Assembly: GCA_903900335.1 (NCBI GenBank)
Contig: CAIUMP010000024.1
Span: 22,774 to 86,773 of the forward strand
Direction of reading: 5' to 3'
Source of the DNA: an uncultured Ignavibacteriota bacterium
Lineage (GTDB): Bacteria; Bacteroidota; Ignavibacteria; Palsa-1295
Length of the DNA: 64,000 nucleotides
Shown here: one piece after another, positions 47,541 to 56,701 of the stretch
Numbering within the stretch: the stretch's first letter is position 1
Layout: each line of letters starts with the position of its first letter
Translations under genes and position numbers: made by a program
Notes under the pieces: generated by a model
The model's input: only the letters and a program-made list of their open reading frames with translations
What the model was told of the DNA's origin: nothing
Databases searched by the model: none

Positions 47541-48203
47541 ATGAAGCTCAACGTCATCGTTACAGGTGTGACCGGAATGGTTGGTGAAGGTGTGTTACAC
47601 GAATGCTTACAGCACCCGGATGTGGAGAGCGCCCTTGTCCTAACGCGCAGACCGAGCGGTGTGACTCATCCAAAGTTGAAAGAGATCATCGTTAAGGACT
47701 TCTACGATCTCTCGGCGCTGGAAGCGCGGGTTAGCGGATACAATGCCTGCTTCTTCTGCCTTGGTGTTTCCTCTGTCGGGAAGAAGGAAGAGGAGTATCG
47801 TCGCCTGACGTATGACCTGACCATGAGCGTTGCCAGAACGCTATCGAAGGTGAACACAGACATGACCTTCTGCTACATCTCCGGTGCCGGAACAGACAGC
47901 TCCGAGAAGGGCCGCATCATGTGGGCGCGGGTGAAGGGGAAGACGGAAAATGATCTGATGAAGCTGCCGTTCAAGCAAGTCTTCGCGTTTCGTCCGGGGA
48001 TCATCGAGCCGACGAAGGGAATGAAGAACACCATCAAGTACTACAAGTATGTGATGTGGCTGCTTCCGATCCTTCGAGTCGTGACACCTAACATGATCTC
48101 ATCTCTGCGAGAGATCGGGCTGGCGATGATCCACGTCAGCACTCGAGGGTTTGCAAAACAGCATTTGGAGGTGAAGGATATTATTGCGGCGGCGAAGGAA
48201 TAA
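47541..48203 (+). CDS. NAD(P)H-binding atypical SDR/epimerase-family protein
   Basis: VIVTGVTGMVGEGV Rossmann motif; 220 aa. Confidence 0.8.
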   Translation: MKLNVIVTGVTGMVGEGVLHECLQHPDVESALVLTRRPSGVTHPKLKEIIVKDFYDLSALEARVSGYNACFFCLGVSSVGKKEEEYRRLTYDLTMSVARTLSKVNTDMTFCYISGAGTDSSEKGRIMWARVKGKTENDLMKLPFKQVFAFRPGIIEPTKGMKNTIKYYKYVMWLLPILRVVTPNMISSLREIGLAMIHVSTRGFAKQHLEVKDIIAAAKE

Positions 48204-48354
48204 CACCATGAAACGTGCGTGTCTCTTCTTACTACTGCTCGTCTGTGCAGGTGCTTCCAGCCCGGCGGCCCGCGCTGGTGGCAACCGATACCAATTGCCG
48301 GCCATCACAAATGTGCGTATATTGCAGCTTATGTGATAGGCACCAATCCTCCTC

Positions 48355-48652
48355 ATGAACAAACTCTACTTCGGGGACAACCTTTACATCCTCCGAGACC
48401 ACATCCCCTCGGAGAGCGTCGATCTCATCTATCTCGATCCGCCGTTTAATTCGAAGCGGGATTACTCCGTGCTCTTCAAGACGCCCAAGGGGCATGAGAG
48501 CGACGCGCAGATCACCGCATTCGAGGACTCCTGGCATTGGGGTCCACAAGCCGAGCGGGAGTTCGACGAGTTGCAGCATCAGCCGAATACCGATGTGGCC
48601 GAGATGATCATCGCGCTACACGGGTTCCTCGGAAAGAACGTCATGATGGCCA
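48355..48652 (+). pseudogene. N-terminal fragment of a site-specific DNA methyltransferase (N6A/N4C type)
   Basis: MNKLYFGDNLYILRDH..SVDLIYLDPPFNS (DPPF motif) ...FEDSWHWG...ALHGFLGKNVMMA. The family sequence then breaks off and is replaced by REP/RAYT sequence. The catalytic-domain remainder is missing. Confidence 0.7.
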
Positions 48653-48686
48653 GTGCGAATAGTCGCGGAGCGACGAACTACCCGCA

Positions 48687-48736
48687 GCCCAGGGTGGAGC
48701 AAGCATCGCCCACGATGCGCAGCGGAACCCTGGGTT
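48687..48736 (-). repeat. REP-like hairpin, left flank of the RAYT gene (inverted relative to 49288-49320)
   Basis: gcccagggtg...gcgcagcggaaccctgggtt. The ends are the reverse complement of aacccagggttccgctgcgc...caccctgggc. Confidence 0.8.
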
Positions 48737-48786
48737 AGGGTAACCGTTTACGATAGGAAGTCCTGAAAGGACGGAGTACCCCACAC

Positions 48787-49248
48787 ATGCCACAATCCTA
48801 CGGCCCTGTTTATCTCCACATCGTCTTCAGCACAAAGCATCGTGAGGCGTTGCTCACTCCAGAGTTGCACACCGAATTCGCACGTTACATCACGCCGATT
48901 CTAAAAGATTACAAAGCTCGATTGATCACCGAAGGTGGAATGCCGGATCATGTTCATCTTTTGATTGATCTCGGACGCGAATCATCTGTGTCAACGCTGC
49001 TTCGGGAGATAAAATCAAAATCATCATCATGGATTCGGAAGAAGACCGCAAGGGATTTTAGTTGGCAAGGCGGGTACGGGGTTTTTAGCGTGAGTCCGAG
49101 TCAACTTCAAACGGCGTTCAATTACATTCAGAATCAAGAAGAACATCATCGTCATAAAACATTTCAGGAGGAGTTCGAGGAGATGTTGAAGATCGCAGGG
49201 GTTGAATACGATCCGAAATGGTTATGGAAGGAGGATGACGGTGACTAA
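48787..49248 (+). mobile_element. IS200/IS605-type Y1 HUH transposase, REP-associated (RAYT-like)
   Basis: YLHIVFSTKHRE, HUH motif PDHVHLLI, WQGGYGVFSVS (Tyr region) and NQEEHHR. It is flanked by inverted REP hairpins. Confidence 0.85.
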
Positions 49249-49287
49249 CTTCGCCCTTTCAGGGCTTATTGCTTTCTACTACCATTC

Positions 49288-49320
49288 AACCCAGGGTTCC
49301 GCTGCGCTACACCCTGGGCT
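49288..49320 (+). repeat. REP-like hairpin, right flank of the RAYT gene
   Basis: aacccagggttccgctgcgctacaccctgggct is self-complementary (cccaggg/ccctggg). It is followed by tacatcgtccctttggga. Confidence 0.8.
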
Positions 49321-49351
49321 GCGAGTACATCGTCCCTTTGGGACTAAGGTT

Positions 49352-49693
49352 CGCGGCGCGAAGAAGATCGTCGTATCGGTCAAGGGCGGCGAGAACGTGA
49401 GCGTCCCGATGATCCGCGACTTAGCGCATGTCATCGACCGCGAAAAAGCCTCGTTCGGATTCTTCGTCACGCTCGCACAGCCGACGAGCAAGATGAAAGA
49501 GGAGGCCATCGGACTCGGCTACTACAAGTCGGATGTCTATGGCCCCGAATACCCGAAGCTCCAAATCCTGACGATCGAAGGGCTGATGTCGGGCGTCGAG
49601 CGGCCGCGCTTCCCGGATTTAACGCTGGGGCGGAGTACGTTTAAGCGGGCGGCTGTGGAGGATGGGGGCGGGGAGCAGGGGAGGTTGTTGTAG
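49352..49693 (+). pseudogene. C-terminal fragment of the same methyltransferase (restriction-endonuclease-like Mrr-type domain)
   Basis: KIVVSVKGGENVSVPMIRDLAHVIDREKASFGFFVTLAQPTSKMKEEAIGLGYYKS...PKLQILTIEGL matches the C-terminal domain usually fused to this methyltransferase family. Confidence 0.65.
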
Positions 49694-49723
49694 CCTTACA
49701 TAAAATTTAACCAAATTAAGCGT

Positions 49724-51577
49724 ATGTATCTGAAATCAGTTATTCTCCAAAACTTCCGTTCTTACCGTGAACGGACGACCGTTCCTGTTGGGAATTTGAC
49801 AACATTCGTAGGAAAGAACGAGGCTGGCAAGTCAACTATATTAGCCGCGTTAGAAATTTTTTTCAATTCAGCACTCATTAAGCCAGAGAAGGACGACTTA
49901 AGTGCGGGAAGTGAGAGTGAATCCTTTTCCATCGGCTGTGTCTTTGGATACGAAAATGAGGAGCTAGTGTTAGACGCTAGTGCCACTACGAATTTGCGTG
50001 ATGAACATCTTCTCAACGCTGACGGAGATTTAGAAATCCTCAAAAGGTACAATTGTAGCGGAAAGCTAAAAATGGAGACGTTCGCGAACGCCCTCCATCC
50101 GACGGAGTTTGAAAAGAGCCTTCTTTTATTCAAGAACACAGAACTCAAAAGTGAAATTACGAATAGAGGGATTGAGGGCCTCGCGAAAAAAAGCTCGAAT
50201 GTCTCGATGAGACAAGCTTTATGGGCTGCCGCACCGAAGGAGGGTTCTATGCAGGAAATACCGCTTGACAAAGATGGAGCAAAGGAGGTTTACGAGCAGC
50301 TAGTCAAATTTTTGCCGATCTATGCTCTTTTCGAAGCAGATAGAACTTCACGAGACGATGATGACGAGGCACAGGACCCGATGAAGCTTGCGACATTGGA
50401 AGCTATCCGAGAACTTCAACCTGAACTGGAGTCAATTAAGAACACTATTCAAAAACGAGTTTTGGATGTGGCTAATCGAACGCTTGATAAGTTGCGGGAA
50501 ATAAACCCTAAAATCGCGGCCCAGCTAACACCCGACTTCAAGGAAGAACCTAAGTGGTCAAGCATCTTCAAATTCATTCTGCGCGGCGATCAGGATATTC
50601 CTTTGAATAAGCGAGGTAGTGGAGTAAGAAGGTTGATTCTAATCAGCTTTTTCCGGGCAGAAGCAGAGCGGAGGCAAAGTTTAGAGAATAGTCCCGGAAT
50701 CATATATGCGATTGAGGAGCCTGAAACATCCCAGCACCCAACAAATCAGCGAATGCTCGCCGAGGCTTTCATTGCGTTGGCGGAAAGTCCGGGATGTCAG
50801 GTATTACTAACTACACATGTCCCTGCCTTCGCTGGTTTGTTGCCGGTCGAATCCCTACGCTTGGTAGAAGCGGAAGAGGCAGGAACCAAGACGGTTACCT
50901 ACCGCGATGATGCAATTCTAGCAAAGATTGCGAAATCGTTAGGGGTGTTACCTGATCCCGATAAGCCTAAACTAATTGTTTGTGTCGAGGGTCCAAATGA
51001 CATAGAATGCCTTACCAGGATTAGTCGTAGGCTCCATACTGAGGATCCCTCCATCCCTGATATTTCGGCATTGCGGGACTCGCGAGAAGTGGCGATAATT
51101 CCATTAGGTGGAGGAACATTGAGCCAGTGGGTTCAACAGCACTATCTCAAAATGTTTGACGTCCCTGAACTCCATATCCATGACGGCGGACTAACCACCC
51201 CTCGGAAATATGCAACAGAGTGTGCTGCCGTCAACGCGCGATCCGATGGTTCGTGGGCGACTCTAACGTCTAAGAATGAACTTGAAAACTATCTTCATCA
51301 TGATCCGATAAACCAAGTGTTTGGCACAAGCCTTAGCCTTATAGGGGATAACGATGATGTACCTATGCTGACCGCCAGTGAGATACATAATAGCACCGGT
51401 GGCACACCATGGGCCAACCTTGATGATATTACCAAGAAAGACAAGGAGTCACGTGCCAAGCGACGCCTTAATAAGGACGTTGCCGACAGAATGAATCTGG
51501 CATATCTAAAGGAGGTGGACCCATCTGGAGAACTCATTGGCTGGCTACGTAAGATTGCCTCTTACCCTCGTCCGTAG
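49724..51577 (+). CDS. OLD-family ATP-dependent nuclease: ABC/AAA_15 ATPase fused to a TOPRIM/DUF4435-like domain (PARIS AriA-AriB-fusion-like)
   Basis: LQNFRSYRE..., Walker A GKNEAGKST, signature-like KRGSGVRRL, Walker B IYAIEEPETSQHP, LLTTH, and a C-terminal LIVCVEGPNDIECL TOPRIM-type acidic motif. Confidence 0.85.
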   Translation: MYLKSVILQNFRSYRERTTVPVGNLTTFVGKNEAGKSTILAALEIFFNSALIKPEKDDLSAGSESESFSIGCVFGYENEELVLDASATTNLRDEHLLNADGDLEILKRYNCSGKLKMETFANALHPTEFEKSLLLFKNTELKSEITNRGIEGLAKKSSNVSMRQALWAAAPKEGSMQEIPLDKDGAKEVYEQLVKFLPIYALFEADRTSRDDDDEAQDPMKLATLEAIRELQPELESIKNTIQKRVLDVANRTLDKLREINPKIAAQLTPDFKEEPKWSSIFKFILRGDQDIPLNKRGSGVRRLILISFFRAEAERRQSLENSPGIIYAIEEPETSQHPTNQRMLAEAFIALAESPGCQVLLTTHVPAFAGLLPVESLRLVEAEEAGTKTVTYRDDAILAKIAKSLGVLPDPDKPKLIVCVEGPNDIECLTRISRRLHTEDPSIPDISALRDSREVAIIPLGGGTLSQWVQQHYLKMFDVPELHIHDGGLTTPRKYATECAAVNARSDGSWATLTSKNELENYLHHDPINQVFGTSLSLIGDNDDVPMLTASEIHNSTGGTPWANLDDITKKDKESRAKRRLNKDVADRMNLAYLKEVDPSGELIGWLRKIASYPRP

Positions 51578-51709
51578 TCTGCTTCAAAGCCAAGAAGCCC
51601 ATTCCCTCCTTGCCTCCTTTCTCTAACCACCTGCGCCAATCCGGGGGCTGGGGGCCGCGCGTTTTACATCGCCCCATTCGGGGCTAATGTTGTTTTTGGG
51701 GTAATCCGA

Positions 51710-51742
51710 AACCCAGGGTTGCGCTGCGCTTCACCCTGGGCT
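51710..51742 (+). repeat. REP-like hairpin, third copy
   Basis: aacccagggttgcgctgcgcttcaccctgggct has the same orientation as 49288-49320 and nearly the same sequence. Confidence 0.8.
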
Positions 51743-51900
51743 GCGGGTACTTCGTGGCTCCGCCACTGGGGAATGTCGGGGCTACACGCATCGAACGTGC
51801 GACCTCCTGCTCCCAAAGCAGGTGCGGTACTGCCCCGGTTCGCTGCGGCGAAAGCGAACGGTAGTCTGCAACCTTGCCAAGGTTGATGTCGCGGTTTCAA

Positions 51901-51952
51901 TGCCCTCTGACTGTTAATCAGAGGGTCCACGGTTCAAGTCCGTGCTCAGGAG
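51901..51952 (+). pseudogene. tRNA-Asn(GTT) 3'-half remnant (anticodon arm, variable loop, T-arm, 3' acceptor strand)
   Basis: tctga-ctgttaa-tcaga forms an anticodon arm (anticodon GTT, 51913-51915). It is followed by gggtc, then cacgg-ttcaagt-ccgtg (canonical T-arm), then ctcagga-g. No matching 5' acceptor strand (tcctgag) or D-arm lies upstream. Confidence 0.55.
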
Positions 51953-51972
51953 TTCGTCCCATCAACCACGGT

Positions 51973-52017
51973 GTCGGGCAGGGATGCCCGGCCCTTCGGC
52001 AAGCTCAGGGCAGGCTC
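51973..52017 (+). repeat. 'ggcaagctcagggcaggctc' dispersed element
   Basis: gtcgggcagggatgcccggcccttcggcaagctcagggcaggctc is nearly identical to 41375-41420. Weaker copies lie at 52257-52287 and, inverted, at 24801-24825. Confidence 0.8.
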
Positions 52018-52745
52018 TCCTCTTAGAATTTTTCTCAAAAATATTCGGGCAGCTCTTGACTTTGGGTTTTGGATGTGTTATGTTGTAGGTAATGATATGG
52101 GCACCTTTTCAATTCGGCACTCATCCTCCTGTGATCTGGATTCCCGTCCCCGATCTGGTCGAGGGCAGGCTATCCGCAGGAATGACAGGAAGGAGAGGGC
52201 GTTCATTAAATGAACACTCAATTGAGAGAATAGGGGCACCCATTTTCAAGAAAACGGTGCCCATTCGACAAGCTAAGGGCAGGCTCTATGCATGGGAAGA
52301 TCTTCACGTTGCTACCGATTTCCAGCGCGTTTGGGAACCGCAAAATATTTATGGAAAGCGTTTTCTGTCCTATAGACAAAACGCTGTAAGTTGTTGATTT
52401 ATATGAGAAGTTCATGAATTACGAATTGACACACACTATATAATTCTGCGATAGTATTCTGAAAGGCATTTGAGTTTGAGTGATTTTGCAGATAGAAAGG
52501 CCCGGCAATAGCTTTCTACCAGCTTCAAATTGTGATTCCGCTTCTTGATATTTTTGCGCGCAGTCTGGTGAGAATTGTCAATGAGAATGTCTCTTGGCCG
52601 CGTTGCCTATGTCCTCCGCCTTCACTGCCTGAAAGAAATATGAAGAAAAGTGGTGGTTTGGCTGTAACCTTTGGCCTGTTCGTTGGTCTTTATAGTATAG
52701 GATTTGATTATCAATTGGAATCAGATGAGACAGGGGACATCGGAA

Positions 52746-53552
52746 ATGGCGACGAGTTTGGCTTCTGAGCAGATCACTGCTCGGCTCGGCCACGCCGCGC
52801 AAGAACCGAGCGTCGTCTTGACCGAGCTGTTTCCAGTTGCTACGTCATTAGCGGAAGTTTCGGCAGAACTCGACGAAGCCCTCGAAGCGCCCCTCTCGGA
52901 ACTTGATGAATTGGAGGAGTTGGGAGAATCCGGTACCGCAGACTCAAGCCAGGTCCTTGCAAAGGCGGAGCGCACATGGGATGATAGTGATCAGGTCCTG
53001 AAGGAAGCTTTCCTTGCCGGCAGCGAGGAAGCATTCATCAAGCTTTATGCGAAGTATGAAGTAGCTCTGCTCTTCTATTGCAAGCGCATGTTGAAGAATG
53101 ACTGGATGGCCGAGGATGCCTTCCAGGAGATCTGGACGCATGTGTTCGAGCTCAGGAAAAGGCCTGGCGTGGTGATCCTGCATTTCCGTGGGTTACTCTT
53201 CCGGAGTGCCCGGAATATGTGCATGAACATCATCCGCGTGCAAAAGCCGCAGGTGAGTGCAAGTGAGGATCGCGATGATCTGACGATCGCTGAACCGATG
53301 AGCGGCGAGGCATCCTCCCGCGAAATGCAGGACTTGATGCTGAAGGCACTGGCAAAGCTGCCCTTCGACCAGCGGGAGACCTTTGTGCTCCATGAGTATT
53401 CGGGATTTACCTATGCGGAGATCGCCGAAATGAAGGACACGACGGAGCAGAATGTGAAGGTCCGCGCGTGTCGAGCGCGGTTGCGATTGCGAAAGTTTAT
53501 TCAGGGTTGGCTCGGATTAGGGGAGACCGACGATCCTGTGAGTTACATTTGA
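52746..53552 (+). CDS. ECF-type RNA polymerase sigma-70 factor with an acidic N-terminal extension
   Basis: Region 2 (AEDAFQEIWTHVF) and region 4 HTH (YAEIAEMKDTTEQNVKVRACRARLRLRK). The start is uncertain: TTG 52704, ATG 52725 or ATG 52746. Confidence 0.8.
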   Translation: MATSLASEQITARLGHAAQEPSVVLTELFPVATSLAEVSAELDEALEAPLSELDELEELGESGTADSSQVLAKAERTWDDSDQVLKEAFLAGSEEAFIKLYAKYEVALLFYCKRMLKNDWMAEDAFQEIWTHVFELRKRPGVVILHFRGLLFRSARNMCMNIIRVQKPQVSASEDRDDLTIAEPMSGEASSREMQDLMLKALAKLPFDQRETFVLHEYSGFTYAEIAEMKDTTEQNVKVRACRARLRLRKFIQGWLGLGETDDPVSYI

Positions 53553-53587
53553 TAGAATTTTACTAATTAGGAGTATTAGCTACGGTC

Positions 53588-54373
53588 ATGGCTATGAAAC
53601 AGGAATTGCAAATTAATCGGTACTTCGATCACGCGATGTCGTCGGGTGAGGAGCAGAATTTCCTCATTTCGCTGGCGGCTTCCGACGAGATGCGGATCGC
53701 GTTTCGATCCCATTTGGAGCTGATGAAGGCAGTTCGGGATGATAAAGATGGCTTGCGTTCGGTCGCGCAGGTTCGGACCCGGACACTCACTGCGTTGGGA
53801 CTCTCGGCCACCGCCGTGATGCCCTTCATCGAGCAAGAATTGGTTCGAAACGCGAGGCCGCTGGAGTCCCCAGCGGGCAAAGCCGATCATTTGGAGACGG
53901 CCTCGATTGGTGGCTCGTCGAACGGTGGTTTCCTTTCCGGCCTACTTCGCAAGCCGAAGTATGTTCTCGGAACGGGCGTCATGCTCGGGTTCCTCGGCGC
54001 GGTCACGCTGATGAACCTGATGCCTTCTGGGCCTTCGCCAAGCCTCAGAGTTGTAACGGGTCCGACGCCCGCCACCCAGACGGTTGCTGCTCCTTCCGTG
54101 CAGCAGCCATTAAATTCCGCTAAGAGTGAAACAATACCGGCTGGAAATAGCTTAAATAGTGAGCAGGAAAGTCGGGCATCAGAAACAGCTGTCCATTCTT
54201 CTGCGGCTCGCACGGCAGCGTCGCCAGGCAAGCCGGACAACTCTCGCGTGATTGCAGCTACTCCTAGCGTCACCGGTCGTTTACCGGAGGTCAATATCGC
54301 TGGGCAGTCACGAATGAGGGTGAAGAAAACCATCATTCAAACTCCAACAAAAGATTCGGTAGAGGCACATTAG
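53588..54373 (+). CDS. Putative anti-sigma factor (single-pass membrane protein)
   Basis: Located immediately downstream of the ECF sigma gene. It has an N-terminal helical domain, one TM segment (VLGTGVMLGFLGAVTLMNL) and a Ser/Pro/Ala-rich tail. Confidence 0.55.
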   Translation: MAMKQELQINRYFDHAMSSGEEQNFLISLAASDEMRIAFRSHLELMKAVRDDKDGLRSVAQVRTRTLTALGLSATAVMPFIEQELVRNARPLESPAGKADHLETASIGGSSNGGFLSGLLRKPKYVLGTGVMLGFLGAVTLMNLMPSGPSPSLRVVTGPTPATQTVAAPSVQQPLNSAKSETIPAGNSLNSEQESRASETAVHSSAARTAASPGKPDNSRVIAATPSVTGRLPEVNIAGQSRMRVKKTIIQTPTKDSVEAH

Positions 54374-54478
54374 GCATCCGTTGACCACAGCGCGGATGTT
54401 CTTGGAGGGACGTGAAGCGCACTACGTCAGATCAGCTAATTCGTTAAGAGTTGATTCCTACGACCGGGCACCTAAGAC

Positions 54479-56692
54479 GTGCCCGGTTTAGTCGCAGTCC
54501 CCCAGCGGTTACGCGACTGCCCTGAGTTGCCTTGTCCGAAGCCCATCACCGTGAGGCCTCAGACGGACAGGAGAGTTGAGCGTGTACGTGCCGCCGGATT
54601 TTTGGCGGCGGGAAGGTTATTGTCGGTTATGGCGATACTGCTAGTCTCAGCAGTACCAGGGTATTCTCAGTTAATTTCGGCCAGCCACTCTCCCTCTTAC
54701 TATCTTGGTGGCATCGTTTCGCAAAATTACAGCAAAGCGAGCATTGATGCTCGTGATGGGAGCATCCTGTGTGGCGTCTTTACGCAAGGTTATCACTACG
54801 GCCTTAGCCCGCAGGCGGGGGCGATCTTTCCATTGAGCTCGAAGTGGTCATTTGAAAGTAAGCTTTGGTTGAGCAATCTCTCGACAAATTTTCATGTCAC
54901 GGCGCATGAAACGGTTTCGACACCGCGGGCCTACGATCCTAAGACCGGCCAACTCGTAGCGATCCAACGAGACAGGTTCTTCGATGCCTCGCTGAGTCTG
55001 CTGAGTATATCGGCATTGATGTCCAATTCCCCCCTGCCACATCTCACTCTTTCTGCTGGGCCTTCCGCTGGATTCTTTGTGCGACATTCGTTCAGCGAAA
55101 CTGAGCAGATCACCTCGCCATCCAATGCTGTTTATGTAGAGAATAACCGCACGGTGCGCACGATCTCAGATGGCCCACTTCCGATCAACGCGCTGCAGGC
55201 TGGGATCGAGCTTGGAGTAAGTTATGAACTGCCATTCCAACCGTCACTCTGGTTACGTCCCGCATTGAGCAGCGTCATTCCAATAACAAGCATATCACCG
55301 AGAAGCACCGAGGCGTGGCACGTCTATCCCGTTTCGGCCTCCCTCTCTCTCCTCTACCGCGCTCCTGAGCCAATTCAGGTTGCACCGAGCGAGCCGCTAT
55401 TCGCGATGGACTCTCTGCTCGTGGTTCCACACCCACGCGTGCCATCTGAGCCTGTCAAGAAGAAGTCCGTTCTGCAAGTATCCATCAAAGCGTTTGGCGT
55501 GCTGGACGACGGCACGGAGACCCCGGAGCCTGTCCTTTCTATCGAACGAATGCACGTCACGGAAGTTTATCCGATGCTGCATTATGTCTTCTTTGATGAT
55601 GGCTCTGCAGAGATTCCGACGCGATACCAGAGGGAATCCGTGTTAACGAAAGCAAGCTTTAACGAAAAGAGTCTCTTCACTTCGAACGCGCTGGAGATCC
55701 ATCATCATGTGCTTGACATCCTCGGGCATCGTCTTGCGGACAATCCGAAGTCGTCAGTAACATTGCTTGGAACAAGGAGCGAGCACTCTCCTCTGGATTC
55801 TGCAAAAGGGATTTCTGTGGCGCGAGGTCGTGCGGAGTCCGTTGCAGATTACCTTCGAGATGTGTGGGGCATCTCGCCCGAGCGCCTTCACATCCGCGCT
55901 CGCAGCCTTCCAGACGCACCCTCGGACGATCATAACCCATCTGGCGAAGCGGAGAACAGGAGAGTGGAAATCGTCCCATCGAGCCCAGACATCGTTGCTC
56001 CGCTGTGGACTGAACGGATCGAACGCGTTGCCACACCGCCACGCATTGATTTTACTCCAGAGATCATAACAGAAGGAGGCGTCAGGAGCGCCACGATCAT
56101 TGTTCGACAAGGCGACAGGATATTGCAGACGTTCGACGCGCTGACAGGAAGCTCGACGGGAGAGTACATGTGGACGCTTAGCGGACCAAGCATGCCGGAG
56201 CGCGGGGACTCACTGAATTATACCTTCGAGGTGGTTGATAGCCTCGGAAACACCGCCACGTCAAAGGGGATAATTCTGCTCCGTCAGGAAACGCACGACG
56301 TTACGCAGCACGCCAGAGATACGGCATTTGACAAGGACCTCGAACGCTTCAGTTTGATCTTGTTCGACTACAGCTCGTCGCAACTCGACAAACGGCAGTC
56401 CGATCGCATCCTTCGAGAAATGGCAGCGTCCATACACGATGCGAGCGCCATAACGCTCACAGGACACACGGATCGAACCGGCGATGATCTCTTCAATTCG
56501 CGCTTAGCATTGCAACGCGTTTCACATGCTGCCGACATGCTCGGCGAGGAGCTGAAGAAGTTGGGAAAAGAAAGGCCAGCTATGCTTGTCGAGTCACATG
56601 GCTCGCGCGATCAACTCTTTGACAATTCCATTCCGGAGGGGCGTGTCCTTTCGAGAACAGTGCGAGCGCTTATCGAAAACGAGGCAAAATAG
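54479..56692 (+). CDS. OmpA-family protein with an N-terminal beta-barrel-like region and two OmpA-like domains
   Basis: NRRVEIVP after the first OmpA-like domain. The second domain reads LTGHTDRTGDDLFNSRLALQRV...RTVRALIE. The start codon is uncertain (GTG). Confidence 0.75.
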   Translation: MPGLVAVPQRLRDCPELPCPKPITVRPQTDRRVERVRAAGFLAAGRLLSVMAILLVSAVPGYSQLISASHSPSYYLGGIVSQNYSKASIDARDGSILCGVFTQGYHYGLSPQAGAIFPLSSKWSFESKLWLSNLSTNFHVTAHETVSTPRAYDPKTGQLVAIQRDRFFDASLSLLSISALMSNSPLPHLTLSAGPSAGFFVRHSFSETEQITSPSNAVYVENNRTVRTISDGPLPINALQAGIELGVSYELPFQPSLWLRPALSSVIPITSISPRSTEAWHVYPVSASLSLLYRAPEPIQVAPSEPLFAMDSLLVVPHPRVPSEPVKKKSVLQVSIKAFGVLDDGTETPEPVLSIERMHVTEVYPMLHYVFFDDGSAEIPTRYQRESVLTKASFNEKSLFTSNALEIHHHVLDILGHRLADNPKSSVTLLGTRSEHSPLDSAKGISVARGRAESVADYLRDVWGISPERLHIRARSLPDAPSDDHNPSGEAENRRVEIVPSSPDIVAPLWTERIERVATPPRIDFTPEIITEGGVRSATIIVRQGDRILQTFDALTGSSTGEYMWTLSGPSMPERGDSLNYTFEVVDSLGNTATSKGIILLRQETHDVTQHARDTAFDKDLERFSLILFDYSSSQLDKRQSDRILREMAASIHDASAITLTGHTDRTGDDLFNSRLALQRVSHAADMLGEELKKLGKERPAMLVESHGSRDQLFDNSIPEGRVLSRTVRALIENEAK

Positions 56693-56701
56693 AAATTACG
56701 G

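Noticed and set aside
51880-51952. Considered a complete tRNA-Asn gene
   Set aside because: The 26 nt preceding the anticodon stem (aggttgatgtcgcggtttcaatgccc) cannot form a D-arm or pair with the 3' acceptor strand ctcagga. It is reported as a fragment only.
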